Of a DNA stretch of 64,000 nt, positions 37,773 through 50,640 are shown piece by piece. A program made the translations under genes and the position numbers. The DNA comes from an uncultured Bacillota bacterium. Its GTDB lineage: Bacteria > Bacillota > Dethiobacteria > DTU022 > UBA8154. Below the pieces are notes generated by a model that had not been told where the DNA came from, did not search any database, and saw only the letters and a list, made by a program, of their open reading frames with translations. How positions within the stretch are numbered: the first letter of the stretch is position 1; each line of letters opens with the position of its first letter. The stretch is taken from assembly GCA_937973635.1 (NCBI GenBank), contig CALJJZ010000035.1, forward strand, positions 10,812 through 74,811. The letters run 5' to 3'.

Positions 37773-37902
37773 CGCCGTCAGAGCCGGGATTAAAGCGGCC
37801 ATAAATTTTTCAAGCTGCCGGGGATAGAGCCACTGCATATTACCCACGCCGGGGCACATAAATATAAGCAGGAAGCTAGCTAGCCTTTTAGAGGGTGGGG
37901 AA

Positions 37903-38682
37903 ATGGCCAGGGTGATCATCATCCCTAAAAAAAGCTGCCTCCTGGGTTTTTTGCTTCTGCTCCTGGTCTTGGCGGCAATTGCCCTGCGCGGCGCAGGTCC
38001 CTTTGCTTCGGTTTTGACCATGGTGCGGCCGGAACGCCTGGTGCCCATCTACTACGTGGATACCCCGGAGAAAAAAATTGCCTTCTCCTTTGACGCCAGC
38101 TGGGGTGCCCAGTACACGCCCCTCCTTTTGCAGATCTTAGAAGAAAATGGGATCAAAACCACTTTTTTCCTTACCGGTTTCTGGGTGGAAAAATACCCGG
38201 AGATGGTCAAAGAGATCTTTGCCGCCGGCCATGAGATCGGCAACCATACCTACAGCCACCCCCACCTCAATAGCCTGGAACCGGCCCAGATCAAAGTGGA
38301 ACTGCTACGGGTAGGCCATATCATCTACGAGCTGACCGGCCAGCAGCCTCTCCTCTTCCGCCCGCCTTTCGGCGAGTACAGCGACAAGGTGATCCGCGTC
38401 GCTACAGCATGCGGCTACAAGACCATCCAATGGAGCGTTGACTCCCTGGACTGGCAGGAACTGGGAGTAGAACCCATGGTCAAACGGGTTACAGAAAAGC
38501 TGCACCCCGGAGCCATCGTCCTCTTTCATAATAATGCCCGCTACACTACAGAAGCGCTGCCGCAGATTATCGCTTATGCCCGGAAGCACGGCTATGCGAT
38601 AGTGCCTGTCTCAGAACTCATTTACCAAGACAACTACTTTATTGATAGCCACAGCGGAGCCCAGATTAAAAAAGAGGGTTAA
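37903..38682 (+). CDS. Polysaccharide deacetylase (NodB-homology) with an N-terminal membrane anchor
   Basis: NodB motifs FDASWG and HTYSHP; N-terminal hydrophobic segment. Confidence 0.7.
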   Translation: MARVIIIPKKSCLLGFLLLLLVLAAIALRGAGPFASVLTMVRPERLVPIYYVDTPEKKIAFSFDASWGAQYTPLLLQILEENGIKTTFFLTGFWVEKYPEMVKEIFAAGHEIGNHTYSHPHLNSLEPAQIKVELLRVGHIIYELTGQQPLLFRPPFGEYSDKVIRVATACGYKTIQWSVDSLDWQELGVEPMVKRVTEKLHPGAIVLFHNNARYTTEALPQIIAYARKHGYAIVPVSELIYQDNYFIDSHSGAQIKKEG

Positions 38683-38715
38683 GCAGGGAAAAGTCCTCTT
38701 TAGCGCAAAGCAGGT

Positions 38716-39225
38716 CTAGGATGTTGCCCGCAGCCGGAACCTTTTCCTGTAATCCAGGAAAGAGGCTACCACCAGGAATAGCCCTATGGCCGCAGCCAGG
38801 AAGCTGGCAAAGTTGGCCCTGGCGATGCACTGGTTGATGTAACTGGAAAGATCCGCCGAAACATCGGCAGGAATAAAGTCCGTTATAAACTTCAGCAGGA
38901 TCTGAAATAAGATCACGCTGAACACGGAAATGACCCCCGGCGCCACAAAAACCCCAAGGTGGTGTTCCAGGAAATAAAGGAAGATAAGGCACAGGGCCAT
39001 GCCAAAGATGGCAAAAAAGAGAGCTATCTGGATATTAAGGGGCTGTAAATGGGCTATAAAAATTACCTCTGCGTTCTGCCTTGCCGTCGCTTCAGTGATA
39101 ATTATCTCCAGCGAATCGGTGGCTACCGTCCCAGTCAGCGCGTAAGCCGTAATACTGACAAGGACGCAAACCGCAAACACGAAGCCTATAATGATCCTGA
39201 GCCAGATCTTTACCGTCTGGAGCAT
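38716..39225 (-). CDS. Hypothetical integral membrane protein
   Basis: 169 aa with four hydrophobic helices; no family recognised. Confidence 0.35.
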   Translation of the reverse strand: MLQTVKIWLRIIIGFVFAVCVLVSITAYALTGTVATDSLEIIITEATARQNAEVIFIAHLQPLNIQIALFFAIFGMALCLIFLYFLEHHLGVFVAPGVISVFSVILFQILLKFITDFIPADVSADLSSYINQCIARANFASFLAAAIGLFLVVASFLDYRKRFRLRATS

Positions 39226-39391
39226 AAATTAACCGGTCCTCCCTCCAATTTTTGCCCTTTTTTGCGGCTAATTACCTTTGGCCAAAACAAAAAAAGGTCC
39301 TTCCCATATTATCACTATTCAAACTATTCTACATAAACACGCCAGATCCTTTTTTTAGGCCGGAAAAATCCTTTGCCCTAAGCAAAGCACC

Positions 39392-40390
39392 TCAGGGGCA
39401 GGAAGCAGAGTCGGGCGTAAAAACACAAACCCGGTTGCGGCCGTCTTGCTTGGCCTGGTAGAGAGCCCTGTCCGCACAAGCCAACAGTTTTTTTGCGGAG
39501 ATAGAACCATGGGGGACGACAGTAGTTACACCAAGGCTGATGGTAACCACAGGGCAGGCGCAGGAACAGCCGTGGGCGATCTGCAGCCCTTCGATGAGCT
39601 CCCGCATCTCTTCGGCAAGGAGAGCGGCCCCCTCTAAAGGGGTTTCCGGTAGGACAACAACAAATTCCTCGCCGCCGTAACGGGCAAGGAGGTCGCCAGG
39701 CCTTTTTAAACCCTTCTGCAGGGCCCGGGCTATCTGCTTCAGGCAGTCATCGCCGGCTAGATGCCCGTAATTGTCATTATACGCCTTAAAACTATCGATG
39801 TCGATCATGATGAGGGAAATGGGGGTCTTGTTCCGGCGCGCCCTTTTCCACTCTATCTCCATAAATTCTTCGAAACGCCTGCGGTTGGCGATACCTGTTA
39901 AGCCGTCGAGAGAGCTCTGCGCCTGTAGCTTCGCATTTGCCTCCTCCAGGAGGCGGGTCACGCCCAGGAGCTCTTCTTCGCGGGCCTTGCGCCGGTCCAT
40001 CTCCCTCTTCAAGGTCAAGGCGGAACGGATCCTGGCCAAGAGCACGACCTTGCTCAAGGGTTTGGTGATATAGTCTATTGCCCCGGCGTTAAAAGCTGCT
40101 TCCAGGAACTCTTCTTCCGACTTGGCCGTAATGATGATCAGGGGGATCCCTTTGAGGTGTGCCGTGGACTTGATCTGCCTGCAGGCTTCAATACCGTCCA
40201 TCCCCGGCATGACTACGTCCATGAGGATTAAGTCAACCTCCGACTTTGCGGTAGGGTCATGGAGCTGTAAGCACGCAAAGGCCTCCTCGGCGTTCGCAGC
40301 GCAGAGCACTTCTTGGTAGCCGGCCTTCTCCAATGTATCTTTGATATAAGTGCAAACAAAGGGAGAATCATCTACAACAAGGACTTTCAT
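39392..40390 (-). CDS. Response regulator with GGDEF diguanylate cyclase output (PleD/WspR-like)
   Basis: The REC domain has the phosphoacceptor in LILMDVVMPGMDG. The GGDEF domain has an RxxD I-site (KRPGD) and the catalytic motif GGEEF. Confidence 0.85.
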   Translation of the reverse strand: MKVLVVDDSPFVCTYIKDTLEKAGYQEVLCAANAEEAFACLQLHDPTAKSEVDLILMDVVMPGMDGIEACRQIKSTAHLKGIPLIIITAKSEEEFLEAAFNAGAIDYITKPLSKVVLLARIRSALTLKREMDRRKAREEELLGVTRLLEEANAKLQAQSSLDGLTGIANRRRFEEFMEIEWKRARRNKTPISLIMIDIDSFKAYNDNYGHLAGDDCLKQIARALQKGLKRPGDLLARYGGEEFVVVLPETPLEGAALLAEEMRELIEGLQIAHGCSCACPVVTISLGVTTVVPHGSISAKKLLACADRALYQAKQDGRNRVCVFTPDSASCP

Positions 40391-40497
40391 TAGCTAGAGA
40401 CCACCTTCTTCAGTCTTTAAAAAATTCTCCTTTTTTTTTAATTTTCCTGCCATATCCCCTTCATCTTTATGGATTTTCTTCCCCGATGCTCCCAATG

Positions 40498-41754
40498 CTA
40501 CAGTGCAAGGATTTTGCCGCGTAGTTGAGCCAGGAGACGGAGGTAGGCAAGGGCGTTGTTGGTCAAAAGGAAGTTCTTTCTTACCTTCTCCCTGCCGCGC
40601 TCGCCCATCTCCCGGGCCAGCGGGGGATTGCGCAGGAGCGTCAGGGTCTTGGCGGCACACTCCTCCACCGTATCCGCCAGGTAGCCGTCTACCCCGTCTG
40701 TGATCTGGAGCTTAATTCCGCCTACCCTGCCCCCCACCACGGGACGGCCTTTCCACAGGGCCTCGGCCACGGTAAGGCCGAAACCTTCTTTAAGGGATTT
40801 TTGCAAGACCACGTCTGAAACAGTCTGAAAAGCGTTTACCTCCAGGCCGGTGATCCCGTTAAAGTTGGTCACCACTTTGACGTCATAGTCCTCGCCGGCT
40901 TTGCGCAGCGTCCTGTAGAGGTAATCCCAGCCTTCCGGGTCATCGTGGGCCATGGAGCCTACCAGGGCCAGCTGCACCTCCGGCAGCTCCTTTTTGACCA
41001 TACGGTACACATCGAGAACACCCAGAGGGTCTTTCCAGGGATCAAAGCGGGAAACCTGAGAGATAAGGGGCCGGCTGAGATCAATGCCAAAACCGGCGAC
41101 GATCTCCCGTGCCTGCTCCGGCGCCAGAGGGGCGTTTTTGAGGCTGAGGGGGTCGATGGAAGGAGTAATAAAAGCCAGAAAAGGCAGGCCGTGATCTTCC
41201 TTTACGTAAGCGGGCAGGGAAAAGATACAGGCATCATAAAGGGAGATCTAGCCATGGAGGAAGCTCCAGTAAGCGGGGTGGGGGGCCGAGGTATCGATAT
41301 GGCAGCGCCAGATCCACTTTTCACCGGCCTTCCTGCCCCGGTAGTAAAGCAGAGCCGCAGGCTGGGGATCATGGATGACATAGTAGTCGTAGCGCCAATC
41401 CTGCATGGCCCGGGCATTAAGCTCATTGTAACGGAGGTAGACCTCTAGATCTCGCTGCTGCAGGCAGCCTTTCTGCCCCTGCAGGCCATTATGGAAGTTC
41501 TTGGTAATATAAAAAAACTGATTGGAGCAGCCGCTGATGATCCACCAGTGGACTTCCAGACCCAGATCGTTGAGCAGGGGGACCAGGGAATGGAGTTTTT
41601 CCGCCACCCCCCCTCCATAGCAGGTAGCGCTGACCATGGCAACCCTTGCGCCCCGCAGGTCTTCAAGCAGCGCCGTGAAAGCGTCGAGGGTCTGGAGGTC
41701 TAAAAAACGGCAATAATCTCTAAAGCTTTTTTTCCCTGTTTGTACCTGTTTCAA
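40498..41754 (-). pseudogene. treT: TreT-like trehalose glycosyltransferring synthase (GT4) interrupted by a single in-frame TAG at 41250..41248
   Basis: The ORFs 41248..41754 and 40498..41010 are in the same frame. Manual translation across the gap is continuous (...AYWSFLHG*ISLYDACIFSLPAYVKEDHGLPFLAFITPSIDPLSLKNAPLAPEQAREIVAGFGIDLSRPLISQVSRFDPWKDPLGVLDVYRMVKK...). That gives a 418-codon TreT-length protein with one amber codon. Confidence 0.6.
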
Positions 41755-41861
41755 GAAACTCCCTCCTTTGCCCCGCAGCTAGATAACGGGCCTGTTTTAT
41801 TGTTTGCGTTTTGGCCATTTATATTTACAGGCCGGCTTTCTGCCATATTTTGTAGGACAGT

Positions 41862-43709
41862 TTGCCCCTTATAGCCGGGACTTTTTCAGGTTATACTAAG
41901 CCTATGCACATGGGAGCAAAAATAATCGACAGAGAAAAAGAAGTAGTGGAATTCAGGGTCTTTGCCTACAAGCAAAAAAAAGTGGAGCTGCTCCTCAAAG
42001 GGGAGGACCAGAGGCAATGGAGCGTACCCATGGAAAAGGAAGGGCCTCACCTTTACCGTGCCGTCATCGCCGGACAGGGGCTTTCGCCCCTTTATAAATT
42101 CCGCCTCGGAGAAGAAGGGGACTTCCCCGACCCGTATGCCGTTTACCTGCCCGAGGGGGTCCACGGTTTCTGCCAGGTTATAGACGACGGCGCCTACTGC
42201 TGGCAGGCGGAGAACTGGAAAGGCCTCGCCCTGGAAAAGTTGATTTTCTATGAGGTGCACACGGGCACTTTTTCAAAGGAGGGGACTTTCCAAGGCATAG
42301 CGGCCAGGCTGGATTACTTGCTAGAATTGGGCGTCAACGCCCTGGAGCTTATGCCCGTAAACCAGACCCCGGGGAGATGGAACTGGGGTTACGACGGGGT
42401 GGCCCTTTTCAGCGTCAACCACAATTACGGTACGCCGGACGACCTGAAATCCCTGGTGGACACATGCCACCAGCGGGGCCTGGCGATCTTTCTGGACGTC
42501 GTCTACAACCATTTTGGTCCGGAGGGCAATTACCTTTACGCTTTCGGGCCCTACTTTACAGAAAAGTATAAGACGCCCTGGGGGCCTGCCTTAAATTTTG
42601 ACGACCGGCACTGTATGTACATGCGGCGCATGATCCTAGACAATGTCCGCTACTGGCTGGAAAGCTACCGTTTTGACGGTCTGCGCCTGGATGCGGTGCA
42701 TACCATCCGGGACGAGAGCCCCACGCATATCCTCGCGGAAATAAGCCGGACAGCCAGGGAGATAGCCCAAAGGAGCGGCCGCCGGATCGCCGTGGTCGCG
42801 GAAACGGATAGAAACGACGTCCAGCTGATCAATCCCCCGCAAAAGGGAGGTTACGGCATCGACGCCCAGTGGATGGACGACCTGCACCACTGCATCCATA
42901 CGGCGCTGACAGGGGAAAAAGACGGCTATTACCTCGATTATGGCCGGCTAGCTGACCTGGAAAAAGTTTATAAAAATTACCTCTTTACCGGCGAATATTC
43001 CCCTTTCTGGGGCAAAGCAAGGGGTACAGATGCCTCCGCCAACCCCGGTCACCAGTTCATCGTAGCCATCCAAAACCATGACCAGGTAGGCAACCGGGCC
43101 GGGGGCGAAAGGCTGACCCACCTGGTAGATTTCCCCCTGCGTAAAGCCGCCGCTGGGCTGCTTTTCTTCTCCCCTTATCTTCCTCTCCTTTTTATGGGAG
43201 AAGAGTACGGCGAAAGGCGACCGTTCCTCTTTTTTACCGATTACGGCGACGAGAAGCTGAAAGCCGCCGTCTCCCGCGGCCGCAGGGAAGAATTCCAGGC
43301 TTTTGCCTGGGATAATTTCCCCGACCCCGGGGACGAAGAGACCTTCTACCGCTCCAGGCTGACACCGCAGGAACAATGGGATGAGGGAAATAAATGCCAT
43401 TTTGCTTTTTATCAGGATCTAATCCGCCTAAGGAAAACACATCCAGCCCTACTGCTGCCGGATAAAGAAAAAACTGCCGTCAAGGTGCAGGGGGAAAAGG
43501 CCATAGTGGAGATCACGCGCTGGAACGGCAAAACAAAGCTTGTTGCCCTGTTTAACCTGGGAAAGGAGACACTGGAAATGGGCGCCTATCGGGGCAAGCA
43601 GATCTTTAACTCCGAATGGCGCAGGTACGGCGGCATAGTTGAAGGCGAGACAAGAGAGCTCTACCAGGGGAATATGCTTGTCCTGGAAAACACGGACGAC
43701 CAAAGCTGA
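41862..43709 (+). CDS. treZ: Malto-oligosyltrehalose trehalohydrolase-like GH13 enzyme
   Basis: N-terminal E-set region (EFRVFAY) and GH13 catalytic regions (GFDGLRLDAVH, the EY segment of GEEYGE, NHDQ). The start may be the internal MHMGAKI. Confidence 0.7.
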   Translation: MPLIAGTFSGYTKPMHMGAKIIDREKEVVEFRVFAYKQKKVELLLKGEDQRQWSVPMEKEGPHLYRAVIAGQGLSPLYKFRLGEEGDFPDPYAVYLPEGVHGFCQVIDDGAYCWQAENWKGLALEKLIFYEVHTGTFSKEGTFQGIAARLDYLLELGVNALELMPVNQTPGRWNWGYDGVALFSVNHNYGTPDDLKSLVDTCHQRGLAIFLDVVYNHFGPEGNYLYAFGPYFTEKYKTPWGPALNFDDRHCMYMRRMILDNVRYWLESYRFDGLRLDAVHTIRDESPTHILAEISRTAREIAQRSGRRIAVVAETDRNDVQLINPPQKGGYGIDAQWMDDLHHCIHTALTGEKDGYYLDYGRLADLEKVYKNYLFTGEYSPFWGKARGTDASANPGHQFIVAIQNHDQVGNRAGGERLTHLVDFPLRKAAAGLLFFSPYLPLLFMGEEYGERRPFLFFTDYGDEKLKAAVSRGRREEFQAFAWDNFPDPGDEETFYRSRLTPQEQWDEGNKCHFAFYQDLIRLRKTHPALLLPDKEKTAVKVQGEKAIVEITRWNGKTKLVALFNLGKETLEMGAYRGKQIFNSEWRRYGGIVEGETRELYQGNMLVLENTDDQS

Positions 43710-43733
43710 GGCCAGAGAAACAGCCCTGATCTC

Positions 43734-47142
<3,409 letters not shown>

Positions 47143-47153
<11 letters not shown>

Positions 47154-48354
47154 CGTTGAGCTCTCCGCCTTTCTGCTGGCCCTCTTCCGCCACAAACATA
47201 TTGATCAGGGTCACATCGTCGCTGAAGCTGTCCGCACCGGCAAAGTCCCGCAGCATCTGCACTAAAGACGGGACTAGCTGCGATGCCTTTGTCCTGTCCA
47301 TCCCCTTTAACAAAGCGCGCAGGCGCCCTTCGCCGAACTGTTCCCCGTCTTTATTTTTCTGCTCTGTTAAGCCGTCCGTATATAAAAAGAGCCCCTCCTC
47401 TGCTGACAGCTGCACCGCCTGCTCCCTAAAGTCTTTCCCTTCTCCCAGAGACATGATTGGGCTGCCATAACAAACCAGCTCCCGCAGCCCCCCTGCCCCG
47501 CCGTACAGAAAAACGGGCTGGGCAAACCCGGCAGCGGAGTACGTCAGGGTCCTTTCCTTGCTATGGTAAAAGGCCAGGAAGATGGTAATAAATATCTCGG
47601 GCGGAAAGTCCTCCTCCCGGAAAGCTTCTTCCAGTGCCAACAGGCAGCGGCGGGGGCTAAAGGGGCCTACTCCCTCTCCGAAGGAGAGCTTGCGGAAATA
47701 GCCGGCAAGGGTCTCCCGGATAAAGACCGTGAGCATGGCGGCATCGAGCTGGTGGCCGGAGACATCGGCCAGGTAAAGGCAGACTACGTCTCCTCCCAGG
47801 CTGAAAATATTAAAATAATCCCCGCCCAGCAGCTCTGCCGGCTGGTAAAAAGTATTAAATCTTAGGTTGGCGGGGGAGGGGTACTCCCGGGGTAGGAGGG
47901 CCCGTTGAATGCGCTGGGCCGTTTTAATATTGGCAAGAAGGTTTTCATTCAGCTCCTTTAGCTGCTGGTAGTAACGGCGCAGGCGCAAGAGGGACCTTAC
48001 CCGCGCCTTCAGCTCCATAGGATCCACCGGCTTGCTTAAAAAATCGTCGGCGCCCATCTCTAGACACTTTAATTTGGCCGCCCGGTCGTGCAGGGCTGTA
48101 ACCATAATCACGGGGATGAACATAGTCTCCTCCCTGCTTTTAAGCCGGCGGCAGACTTCAAAACCGTCAAGGCCGGGCATGACAATATCAAGAAGGACCA
48201 GATCCGGTTTTACCTCCTCCACTCTCACAAGGGCTTCCTCACCTGAGGCAGCCTGCGAAATCTGCGTATAGCCAGCCTCTTCTAAGTAGCGCTGCAGCAA
48301 CCTGCGGTTAAGTTGTTTATCGTCCACAATGAGTATTTTGGGCGGAGCTCCCAC
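47143..48354 (-). CDS. Response regulator with PP2C/SpoIIE phosphatase output (RsbY/RsbU-like)
   Basis: REC domain with phosphoacceptor in LVLLDIVMPGLDG, then a PP2C region (GGDYFNIF...LADVSGHQLDAAML). Confidence 0.8.
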
Positions 48355-48407
48355 CGTTTTCCCCCCGCATAAAAATAAAAGAGTACTGCCGGAATCCGAT
48401 ACCGCGG

Positions 48408-48719
48408 TCAGATAATTTTAATCACCTTATCCAGCTGGATGATCCTGAACATCCTGCTGACATTCTCGTTAGTCACGTTGCTCACACGCAGCTCGCCGTG
48501 CCGTTCCTTGAGCAGTTTATGGAACAGCAAAAGTTTGCCCAGCCCGGAGCTGTCGATGGCGTTTACATGGGTAAAATCTATGGTAATGGTGTTATATCCT
48601 TCATCATAAAGCTCCAGCAGCTTCTCTTTTAGCCCCTGAGAGTTGGAGATATCTATGCTCCCCTCCGGAATTACTACAACCGCCTTGTCGTCCGTCTTTA
48701 CTGTTTTCATTTCAAGCAA
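48408..48719 (-). CDS. STAS-domain anti-sigma-antagonist-like protein (phosphorylatable Ser present: IDSSGLG)
   Basis: 103 aa with a SpoIIAA-like fold and a DSSG motif. Confidence 0.75.
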   Translation of the reverse strand: MLEMKTVKTDDKAVVVIPEGSIDISNSQGLKEKLLELYDEGYNTITIDFTHVNAIDSSGLGKLLLFHKLLKERHGELRVSNVTNENVSRMFRIIQLDKVIKII

Positions 48720-48732
48720 AGCCCCCTTTAGA

Positions 48733-50604
48733 TTAAAATAAGGTCAGATCTCCCTCTGCCGAGCCCTCGTCCAGCTCATGGGCCTGCAGGTACTCCTTTG
48801 CCTGCAGGCGCTCCAGGTAGCTTGTAAAAAGTTTATACAGTTCCAGCAGTTCTGCGTTTTTCTCCTGCCATTCCTGCAGCCCCCAGCGCTGCAGCTCCAC
48901 CTCCTGCTGCTCCCTAGTCACCTGGACAATCTCCCCAAAGAGCACTTTGAGTCTCCCCACGGCCTGATGCAGGTGCACTGTATGCTGCAAAGCGTCGTTG
49001 ACTTCCTGCAGTTTCTGGAACAACGCCGTAATCTCGGCAGAGAGGGCGAGGACAGCCTGGCCGGCGATCTTGTTTGCCGCGCCAAAACGCTCCAGGTTGA
49101 CGTTTACCTCTGTGAGGGCATGGTCGATATGTCCCTGGTTGCGGAAGACAAGCTGAGCAAAGCGGTCCAGGTCCCTCTGCAGGCGGCCTTTAAGTTTAAA
49201 AAACGAGTTCCTATTCACCGTGACCGTCTCGTCCACCGCCTCAATTACCCCATCGATCTTGCTGCCGATGGCTGCATCGTGCCGGTTAATCCGCGCCAAC
49301 TCAATGCGGGACAGCAGCTTGATCTTTTTCAACAGGGAAACCCGCTCCTGGACAGCTTCAAGGCTTTGCTGCACCTGCAAGATATTCTCGTCGTAAAGGC
49401 TGCGGTCCTCCACCAGGCTGTTTACCCTTTTCCTGATCTCCAGCAGGACCTCCTTGAACTCCTCCATAAAGGCATAAACCGAGCTAAAGGTATAATCTAC
49501 GGCGGTCAGGGTCCTGCTGCCATGCCTGATAGAAGGCTCACCGGCCAGATAGGCAGCCAGGAGCTGTGCTTCCTCTCTGACCCCGTCAAGGGCCTGCAGG
49601 AGGTTCTTGGCCGTCAGGCCGATCTGGTTCAAGGAAGCCACCAGCTGCTCAGACATCCCCTCCACAAGTTTCTGTGTCATCCCCGCCACGCCGTTGACAA
49701 AAACGATATGGTCAAGGCGTCTTTCCTTTGTCTCTGGGGCAACGGGTAAAAAAAGGTACGTCTTGTATTTTAATTCCAAAGCCTGCAGGCACCTGATGCT
49801 GTTCTCCATGTTCTGCCTGATAATATCCTGGCGCTGGATCAACCCCATCAGCTCCTGGAAAGGCGAGAGCACCAACTGCACATTGGCGATGATATTTTTT
49901 AAGATTTTGCTCATCTCCCCGATGGAGGCAATAAGGTTGGCAAAGATCTCTTCTAACCTGTTAATATAACCCTTTACCGCTGTCTCCTGGTTGCCGATAA
50001 TGCCCTGTACATCTTCCTGGAATTCGCTGTACCAGCGGTTCAAAGCTATAAGGAAAGCGTCGATGCGCTGGAATTCCTTTTCCAGGAAAATAGATGTCTG
50101 CAGGATATGGTCCGAGACGACAGCAAAGGCCCTCCCTTCCTCGCCGAGCCGGGAAGAGAAGATAATGGCGTTTAAAGAGATGTCGTTAACGTCGGAAAGG
50201 GTCCTTTTAATCACACCTACCAGGTCAATAAAGGTGCGGAAAGAGTTCTCCCGGTTCTCTCCGCCCAAAAACAAGCCCAGCAAACGGTTCACGTCTTCCT
50301 GCCCTACTAAAAGGGTGCTGATCTCCCTAAAATTATCCCGCACCTTTTGCAGCGCTTGAGCAAAAAGGAGAAACTCGCCAGCTTTAGCGGCCTGGGCCGT
50401 CTGCTCTGATTGGATAAAGTAGTTAATCAGGATATTGGTCTCCTGCTGTGTAAGCTCCAAGTTCCGCTCGATCACCGGCAGGCTTTCGTGTACAATGCCG
50501 TAATAATGCTCTGTCTCCCCGATCAGTTCCTGCAACTTCATGACAGTGTCTTCAATTACTTTCAGCAGGTGCTGTTCTACCCTGCCCACGGCTTGCTCCG
50601 CCAT
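48733..50604 (-). CDS. Soluble, divergent MCP-signalling-domain protein (MCP highly conserved hairpin-tip-like motif near the N-terminus, about 450-aa C-terminal region of unknown function)
   Basis: Residues 139-166 (LSLNAIIFSSRLGEEGRAFAVVSDHI) match the MCP tip [26 protein letters not shown] at about 15 of 26 positions, the same order as the bona fide MCP in this window. There are no TM segments and the remainder is coiled-coil-rich. Confidence 0.55.
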   Translation of the reverse strand: MAEQAVGRVEQHLLKVIEDTVMKLQELIGETEHYYGIVHESLPVIERNLELTQQETNILINYFIQSEQTAQAAKAGEFLLFAQALQKVRDNFREISTLLVGQEDVNRLLGLFLGGENRENSFRTFIDLVGVIKRTLSDVNDISLNAIIFSSRLGEEGRAFAVVSDHILQTSIFLEKEFQRIDAFLIALNRWYSEFQEDVQGIIGNQETAVKGYINRLEEIFANLIASIGEMSKILKNIIANVQLVLSPFQELMGLIQRQDIIRQNMENSIRCLQALELKYKTYLFLPVAPETKERRLDHIVFVNGVAGMTQKLVEGMSEQLVASLNQIGLTAKNLLQALDGVREEAQLLAAYLAGEPSIRHGSRTLTAVDYTFSSVYAFMEEFKEVLLEIRKRVNSLVEDRSLYDENILQVQQSLEAVQERVSLLKKIKLLSRIELARINRHDAAIGSKIDGVIEAVDETVTVNRNSFFKLKGRLQRDLDRFAQLVFRNQGHIDHALTEVNVNLERFGAANKIAGQAVLALSAEITALFQKLQEVNDALQHTVHLHQAVGRLKVLFGEIVQVTREQQEVELQRWGLQEWQEKNAELLELYKLFTSYLERLQAKEYLQAHELDEGSAEGDLTLF

Positions 50605-50640
50605 AACACCCCTCCTTCTTTTCCCAGCGACAAGGAAAAG

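Noticed and set aside
40394-40660. 88-aa minus-strand ORF
   Set aside because: It overlaps the 3' end of the TreT-like gene in another frame and is Pro/Gly/Arg-rich. I judge it spurious.
40498-41754. Pyrrolysine (UAG) decoding of the internal amber codon in the TreT-like gene
   Set aside because: There are no pylTSBCD genes or methylamine methyltransferases in the window. The gene also terminates with TAG, and TreT enzymes are not known to contain Pyl. A pseudogene or sequencing error is more parsimonious.
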